Shown here piece by piece: positions 59,009-64,000 of a DNA stretch of 64,000 nt. Where the stretch lies: the NCBI GenBank assembly GCA_963607345.1, contig CAVDBL010000004.1:73627-137626 (forward strand). The letters are read 5' to 3'. The notes under the pieces were generated by a model that worked only from the letters and a program-made list of their open reading frames with translations, was not told the DNA's origin and made no database searches. The number at the start of each line of letters is the position of its first letter. The first letter of the stretch is position 1. The translations under genes were made by a program, and so were the position numbers. This DNA comes from Bifidobacteriaceae bacterium (GTDB lineage: Bacteria; Bacteroidota; Bacteroidia; Bacteroidales; Marinilabiliaceae).

Positions 59009-59392
59009 ATGGAAGCAGGGCGTTTAGACAGTCTTATAAAGCTTTACAGGCTTGATAAGGACACGGTTGACAAATACGGGCGTAAAGACAGGGTGTATAG
59101 GCTTGTTGGAGAAAAAAGATGCAACATGAGAATTGAGAGCGGCAACCCTGTTGTCATACAGGACGCTTTAACATATTCATATACGGCTTCATTCTGGTTT
59201 AGGCGTTTTGTTGAAATTGGGGTTTATGATTTAATAGTTTACAGCCCTAATAAAGAGAATGACACCAAAAGCCTTTAGGAGGTTTTTCTGGTTGATACTG
59301 TTATCTACAACAGACAGGAGGACCGAAAAGAGGTGAAGGCGCACAGAATAGACTGGGAGGCTGTTAAATTCAAAATAGACAATGGGCAATAA
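59009..59392 (+). CDS. Head closure / head-tail adaptor protein (1 in-frame TAG)
   Basis: MEAGRLDSLIKLYRL...KRCNMRIESGNP...TKSL*EVFLVDTVIYNRQEDRKEVKAHRI... TAG at 59276. Assigned from position and size. Stop is TAA. Confidence 0.6.
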
Positions 59393-59789
59393 ATTTGAGT
59401 ATAAAAAGCTCAAGCGTAAACTCCAAAAACTCTCAAGGGACTACTTTAAACCTGTTAGAAAATACCTTAATCAAGCAGGAAAGACAATATCAAGCGCAGC
59501 AAAAGCGAACTTTAAAGGAACAGGAATAAGCAAAGAACTTGCAAAAGGGATTTCGCACAAGGTTTGGAAAACAGGTACTGGTGTTTATATAGGCTTAAAA
59601 AAAGACTTTAGGTTGACATTTTTTGAAAAAGGAACCAAGGAGCGTTATCATAAGGATAAGCACTATACAGGTCAAATCCAGCCTTATTTCTTCTTTAAGA
59701 GTGCAGTGGACAATAACCTTGAGGCTGCTCAAAAAATCATACAGGACGGAGTAAACGAACAAATCAATGAGCTTAATAAAGACAATTAA
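59382..59789 (+). CDS. HK97 gp10-like tail-attachment/neck protein
   Basis: 135 aa; ...AAKANFKGTGISKELAKGISHKVWKTG...YFFFKSAVDNN... Assigned from position in the module. No TAG. Confidence 0.55.
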   Translation: MGNKFEYKKLKRKLQKLSRDYFKPVRKYLNQAGKTISSAAKANFKGTGISKELAKGISHKVWKTGTGVYIGLKKDFRLTFFEKGTKERYHKDKHYTGQIQPYFFFKSAVDNNLEAAQKIIQDGVNEQINELNKDN

Positions 59790-60198
59790 ACTGACACCAG
59801 AAATCTCTATATACTTGAAGAAGGTATGTGAAAATGCAAATTTAACATATTACCCTTTAATAGGCGATGCTGACGCTGAAGCCCCTTATGTTGTATATTA
59901 GAGACTTTCACAAGAATTAGATAACTCCAAGGACGGAGAATTTGGCATGAACGCTTCATTTATAGTGAAGTTTGTCGCTGCCACTTATTCGGAATCCCTT
60001 GAAATGTTGAAGAAGTTCGCTGAAAACCTTTTCATTGAGGACGGAATAGAGACGACAGAAGAGGACGGCACGACCACTGAAGCTCCTTTTGAGGAGTTCA
60101 CTGTTGTTGACGTATCTATTACGGATAACGGTGAAGAGTGGTCCGAGAACTACTTTATCAATACAATAACAGTAAACATAACTTATAATTTAAAATAA
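59767..60198 (+). CDS. Tail completion / neck protein candidate (1 in-frame TAG)
   Basis: MSLIKTIKLTPEISIYLK...YYPLIGDADAEAPYVVY*RLSQELD...; the PYVVY motif recalls DUF3168-type proteins. TAG at 59899. Stop is TAA. Confidence 0.5.
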
Positions 60199-60199
60199 A

Positions 60200-60661
60200 A
60201 TGAACAGCACTTATAAAGGCAAAAACCTTCAAGTCCTTTTAAATAATAAATCTATTGCATTGGCAACCAGTCACAGTCTTGATATCAGCATATCTACTGT
60301 TGATATTACAACTAAAGACGATAACGGAATGTTCACCAATAGCGCAGCGTAGAGCGTTTCGTGGACAATGAGTTCTGATAACCTTGTCAGCTACGGAACC
60401 GACGGCGCAAGCACTGTAGACGTTATTGACATGGCACTTGTAGGAACCAAGGTTACACTTATTTTTGGACTGGTAACACCACTTGACGCTTCAGTACCAA
60501 CTGGAGGGTTCACGAAGAACAGCACTGCTGAAGATGCTTTTGCTTATACTGGCGATGCTATTATCACAAGTGTTTCTGTTTCAGCTGCTAACGGTGAACG
60601 TGCTACCTACAGCATATCGTTCCAAGGTTGCGGAGAACTCAAAAAGGTTTCAAATAGCTGA
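60200..60661 (+). CDS. Major tail protein (TP901-1 / Phage_tail_2-like), 1 in-frame TAG
   Basis: MNSTYKGKNLQVLLNNKSIALATSHSLDISISTVDITTKDDNGMFTNSAA*SVSWTMSSDNLV...ANGERATYSISFQGCGEL. TAG at 60350. Stop is TGA. Confidence 0.75.
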
Positions 60662-60683
60662 TAATTAATTATTTAGACATGAA

Positions 60684-60719
60684 GAGTGGTTGGTGGTCTT
60701 CACCACCACTCTATTTTTA
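60684..60719 (+). terminator. Intrinsic terminator after the major tail gene
   Basis: GAGTGGT(T)GG ... CCACCACTC hairpin followed by TATTTTTAT. Confidence 0.55.
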
Positions 60720-60768
60720 TTTGTATTTGTCAAGTCTTATCGTTATATTAGAAGAAAACAATAAGACT

Positions 60769-61026
60769 ATGAATATCATATCAAAACTCATAAAGTATAT
60801 AAAGGACAGAAAAGCAGCCAAGAAAGAGGCTGAATTTCAAAGAATGTTTAAAGCGGAACTTGAACGCCAAAAAGAAACAGAAGAGATTAGGAAGTACCTA
60901 AAAGACAATAACATAGATATAACTATAAATTATGTTAGTGAGAAACCTGTTAAAGAAGAGAAATCTATTTATGAGGAGTGCTGGGAATATCTTGGCATAT
61001 ATGGAATGAAAAACCCATTTGATTAA
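60769..61026 (+). CDS. Small charged hypothetical protein
   Basis: MNIISKLIKYIKDRKAAKKEAEF... The ATG at 60769 is used because the listed start (60679) lies inside the terminator hairpin. Confidence 0.4.
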   Translation: MNIISKLIKYIKDRKAAKKEAEFQRMFKAELERQKETEEIRKYLKDNNIDITINYVSEKPVKEEKSIYEECWEYLGIYGMKNPFD

Positions 61027-61032
61027 GCAATT

Positions 61033-61338
61033 ATGAAAATATCGATTAAAAATTAGGAATTAGCTGTAAAGCATACTATTAGAACGACAATGACTTGGGA
61101 GGAGCTTAAAGGAGGAACTTTTAAGCTTGAGAATACTTCTGATGCTATTAAGTATATGTGGATATGTACAAAGTCTTATAATGATACAGATATTACGTTT
61201 GAGGATTTTTTGGACGGAATAACAAAACGAAATTTGGAGGACTTTTTGGAAGAGATAACGAATAAGGAGCAGCCAAAAAAAAAGAGCTTTCTGAGTAGAC
61301 TGTTTCAACGGCTGAAGTGTTTGCTTGGTTCACGTTGA
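61033..61338 (+). CDS. Tail assembly chaperone (gpG-like), 1 in-frame TAG
   Basis: MKISIKN*ELAVKHTIRTTMTWEELKGGTFKLENTSDAIKYMW... It lies immediately upstream of the tape measure gene. TAG at 61054. An A9 run lies near the 3' end. Stop is TGA. Confidence 0.65.
61275..61283 (+). promoter_or_regulatory. Slippery A9 run: candidate programmed -1 ribosomal frameshift site (G to G-T)
   Basis: CC AAA AAA AAG in the zero frame contains the A_AAA_AAA heptamer. The -1 frame is open from 61266 to 61619 if TAG is decoded. Confidence 0.6.
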
Positions 61339-61619
61339 GTTTAGGGCTTGAACCAGAATATGTGTTAGACCGAATGACAAGACAAGAGGCGGCTGCTTTA
61401 ATGAAGTATTCTTATTATAAGAATAAAGTAGACTGGGAGCGTACACGGTTTAACGCTTATTGTACAGTTCAGATTCAAAGTAAAAAGAGAATAAAACCTG
61501 AAGACTTAATAAAGTTCAACTGGGAAAAAGAATCAGAAGTGCATATACCAACAGACGAGGAAATTAAGCAAGTAGCAGAATGGGCTAAACAAATTCGTAA
61601 AAAATAGGAAAATGAGTGA
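61281..61619 (+). CDS. gpT-like extension of the tail assembly chaperone, reached by -1 frameshift (2 TAG in this frame)
   Basis: The -1 frame reads KKKELSE*TVSTAEVFAWFTLSLGLEPEYVLDRMTRQEAAALMKY...AKQIRKK*ENE. TAGs at 61296 and 61605. Stop is TGA at 61617. Confidence 0.55.
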
Positions 61620-63768
61620 TATAAAAATAAATCTTGAACTTGATTCAAGTAAGTTCTCTAAATAGTTTGAATCTTTTGGAAAAACGTTTGAAAATGAGTT
61701 TTCCGCTTGTCAAAAGTCTATTACGGCTACAGAGGACGAGATTAAACAGTTGACAGAAGAATTAAGCAACTATACAAAAGAGAGCGAGAATTATAAGGAA
61801 ATAGCCAAGTGGATTCAAGACGATAACAAGAAGCTTGAGGAGTAGAAAAAGTAGTTCACATCACTACAAAATTCAATAGGTGCTTACGCTCAAAAAATTG
61901 AGGAGGCATCAAAAAAACAGACAGCTTTAACTAACAAGCTTAGCAAGCTTGACGTAAATTCTGACGAGTACAAAAAAGTTGTCAAGGAAATAAAGAATTG
62001 TCAGGAGGAGCAGGAAAAGTTTAGGGGTAAAATAACAAAAGCTACAAAATCTTTAGGTGAACAAGTACCAGTCGTAAAGAGGGTTGGAAAGGCTATTACC
62101 AGTGCAGCTGGAATATTCAACCAAATATCGTGGGCTATACAGCAATTACAAGATTTATTTGAGGAGCTGTATGAGAGTTGTGAGCCTTTTGCTGAAATTG
62201 TAGACTATATTTCTGGAGCTGTTGCTGCTTGGTTTGCAATGGTAAAGAAATATATTGGAGCGTTAGTTAAGCTGTTTACAGGGGATTTTTCTGGGGCTAT
62301 TAACGACTTCAAGGAAATTGTTACAGGCGTAGTTGATACTGTAGTGCGAGTAGCAAAAGCTACAGCATTATTAAAGAAACAAATACGTGAATTGGATAAG
62401 GCTTTACTTGACTTTTCAAATCAAACTTCCGTCTTGACCACTAATATTGAGGCTTATAAGAAAATCATAGAAGACAGCACGACGAGTGTTCAACAGAAAA
62501 AAGACGCTTTAACGGCTTTAAAGAACACATATGAGTAGCTTAATTCAGTTTTAAAGGATCAGAGAAAACAACAACAGGATATAATAAAGTCCACTATTAA
62601 TGCGAAGTTAGCGACGACGAAATTAAACGACGTTACTGCTGAGCAAACACAGTCGTTTGTTGACCTCATGAGGACAGGGCAAACCTTATCCGAATCAATG
62701 AAGGAGGCTTTTGGTGAAGATGTGTACAAACAGCTCAGTCAGTCTGAACTAAAGGATATTAATGAACAATTCAATAAAATAAAAGAAACCGATAAACAAA
62801 TCATTGATTCCAACAAGCAGATAAGAGAAAGTGAAAAATCAGTACAAAAAGCTATTAAAGAGGCTGCTGATAACAGTTACAAGCTTAAAGACAGTTATAA
62901 AGAATCCAGTGAATACCTTGAGGCTCAAAAGACTAAACTTGAAGAAGCGAAGAAGCGAGTTGAACTTTATTCTGAAGAGTGGAAACAAATTGACAAACAG
63001 ATAAAAGACATAGACAACATTCTTAAATACGGCAAAAACACAATAGAGTTTAAAGTCAAGTTGAATATGTCTGATTAGGAGTTTACTGATTTTGAGAAGT
63101 ATGTAAAAGACAACCTAAACAACACTCTTGAGGGGCTTAATACGGAGCAGATACAGGAGTTTTATGCTTAGTGGCTTGAAAGTCTTAGAATTGTCAATGA
63201 TACAAATAACGACTTGAACGAATCTTTAATAACAGGAACTTCTTTAATTTAGAGAGAATCTAAAGGAACTGAAGATATAGCTCAAAACAAACAACAGGAG
63301 CAGGAGGCGCAACAGAATTTAGTATCAGCTTATAATGATACCGCTTCAGCTATTGGTGATGTTACAGGCGAAACGGAATTAGCGGCTCAAGCGCAACAGG
63401 CAATGAACCTTGCTTTACAGATCCAGGCAATGGCGCAAGCTATTTCAACAGCCGCTGAAGGAGATCCTTATACAGTGGCTTTACGTATAGCCGCCGCTTC
63501 CGCTGCTGTTGTTGCTGGCATGGCAAAATTCACCAAATTCGCTACAGGTGGTATTGTTGAGGGTCAATATCAGACTGGTGATATGAACCTTGTCGCAGTC
63601 AACGGAGGTGAAATGATACTTAACAAGAATCAGCAGGGCAATTTGTTCAGACTTATCCAAAACGGTACAATAGGCGGTCAAGGTGGAGATGTTCAGTTTA
63701 GAATTTCTGGTAAAGACCTTGTCGGTACACTTAACAACTACAATAAATACAACTCATTAACAAAATGA
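61612..63768 (+). CDS. Tail tape measure protein (718 aa, 7 in-frame TAG)
   Basis: Four listed ORF fragments (62239-, 62668-, 63403- and the unlisted N-terminus) share one frame and are separated only by TAG (61663, 61843, 61852, 62536, 63076, 63169, 63250). Long coiled-coil sequence, a hydrophobic AAASAAVVAGMAKF segment and a C-terminal GGEMILNKNQ motif. Stop is TGA. Confidence 0.85.
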
Positions 63769-64000
63769 CAACATACACAGGTTCATTCACGAACAGGAGC
63801 AATGATAAGTTTAGGCTGCAAATAAATTCCAGTTCTGGTAACGGTTCTAAAGAAATAACTATTACAGGGGTGACGATAAACAGCAACAGTGAAGCTACGA
63901 ACATTTACGCTCCTATTAGATATACCTCATTGGATTTCAGTATATTAACCGACGATATAGATATTTATAAAGGAGCTTTTCTTAACGCTACTGTAATACT
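63765..64000 (+). CDS. Next tail gene (distal tail protein position), 3' end outside the window
   Basis: The ATG overlaps the tape-measure stop (ATGA). MTTYTGSFTNRSNDKFRLQINSSSGNGSKEITITGV... stays open to the window edge. Confidence 0.45.
   Translation, partial: MTTYTGSFTNRSNDKFRLQINSSSGNGSKEITITGVTINSNSEATNIYAPIRYTSLDFSILTDDIDIYKGAFLNATVI

Larger units (their letters stand above)
47700..64000 (+). mobile_element. Integrated HK97-like siphovirus prophage using TAG as a sense codon; left junction approximate (47,650-47,847), right end beyond the window
   Basis: G+C drops abruptly and the host GC3 bias disappears. All genes are co-oriented: tyrosine integrase, tRNA(CUA), HTH protein, HNH, TerS, TerL, portal, protease, MCP, connectors, major tail, chaperone with -1 frameshift, tape measure. 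Confidence 0.88.

Noticed and set aside
60679-60768. Listed start of the 115-aa ORF (MKSGWWSSPPLYFYLY...)
   Set aside because: These codons are the two arms of the terminator hairpin after the major tail gene. The plausible start is the ATG at 60769.
52049-63768. Possible reassignment of TGA or TAA as well
   Set aside because: TGA and TAA appear at the expected ends of the phage genes: TGA for HNH, portal, major tail, chaperone and tape measure, and TAA for most others. The following gene usually starts within a few nucleotides, so both behave as genuine stops.
50700-64000. Fragmented phage ORFs read as a decayed, pseudogenised prophage
   Set aside because: All interruptions are TAG. In my translations there are no TAA or TGA interruptions and no frame breaks. 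Gene order and lengths are intact, and a tRNA(CUA) is encoded. Sense-codon reassignment explains all of this better than decay does.

Overview
All coordinates, translations and RNA folds are by hand from the sequence and ORF track; family names are from memory and no searches were run. The window has two parts.

(1) nt 1 to ~47,650 is a GC3-rich Bacteroidota (Bacteroidales-like) chromosome using the standard code. The evidence is T9SS cargo with type A and type B C-terminal domains, a PorP/SprF gene, TAnnTTTG -7 promoter motifs and no Shine-Dalgarno sequences. It carries a T9SS adhesin cassette, RNase P RNA, topB, GH31 and GH3 glycosidases, two identical tRNA-Glu(CUC) genes, gltX, miaA, rsmI, nadC, ruvX, def, dnaN, ispE, a tandem pair of TPR/PP2C membrane proteins, engB, recQ and a GT2 gene.

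(2) From ~47.7 kb to the window edge is an AT-rich, integrase-bearing HK97-like siphovirus prophage whose right end lies outside the window. Its order is integrase, tRNA, HTH protein, small early ORFs, HNH, TerS, TerL, portal, protease, capsid, connector and tail genes, tape measure.

The main finding is that this prophage reads TAG as a sense codon. I count about 40 in-frame TAGs across about 19 genes from nt 50,700 onward, with no in-frame TAA or TGA. Every phage gene ends in TAA or TGA. The phage encodes a tRNA with anticodon CUA (49222-49293), which sits in a TAG-free module with the integrase and the HTH gene. Host genes in the same window commonly stop at TAG. TAG falls at positions I recall as conserved Gln (the TerL 'DQA' motif and the VRR-NUC-like 'Q..W' motif), so TAG->Gln (code-15-like) is the likely reading. 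TAG recoding is already known for gut Bacteroidota phages; this is a compact, integrated example.

Layered on the recoding: a 949-nt group I intron splits the TerL Walker B motif (LID|EFH), with a clear P1 pairing including the U.G pair and a terminal G. The intron carries a GIY-YIG homing endonuclease that itself needs TAG suppression. The tail-chaperone -1 frameshift product also has to decode a TAG.

Host-side observations: three near-identical 531-nt tandem repeats in the giant adhesin, a probable pseudophosphatase/phosphatase gene pair, a duplicated promoter-plus-tRNA-Glu unit with one copy just upstream of gltX, and a compositionally mosaic T9SS cargo gene.
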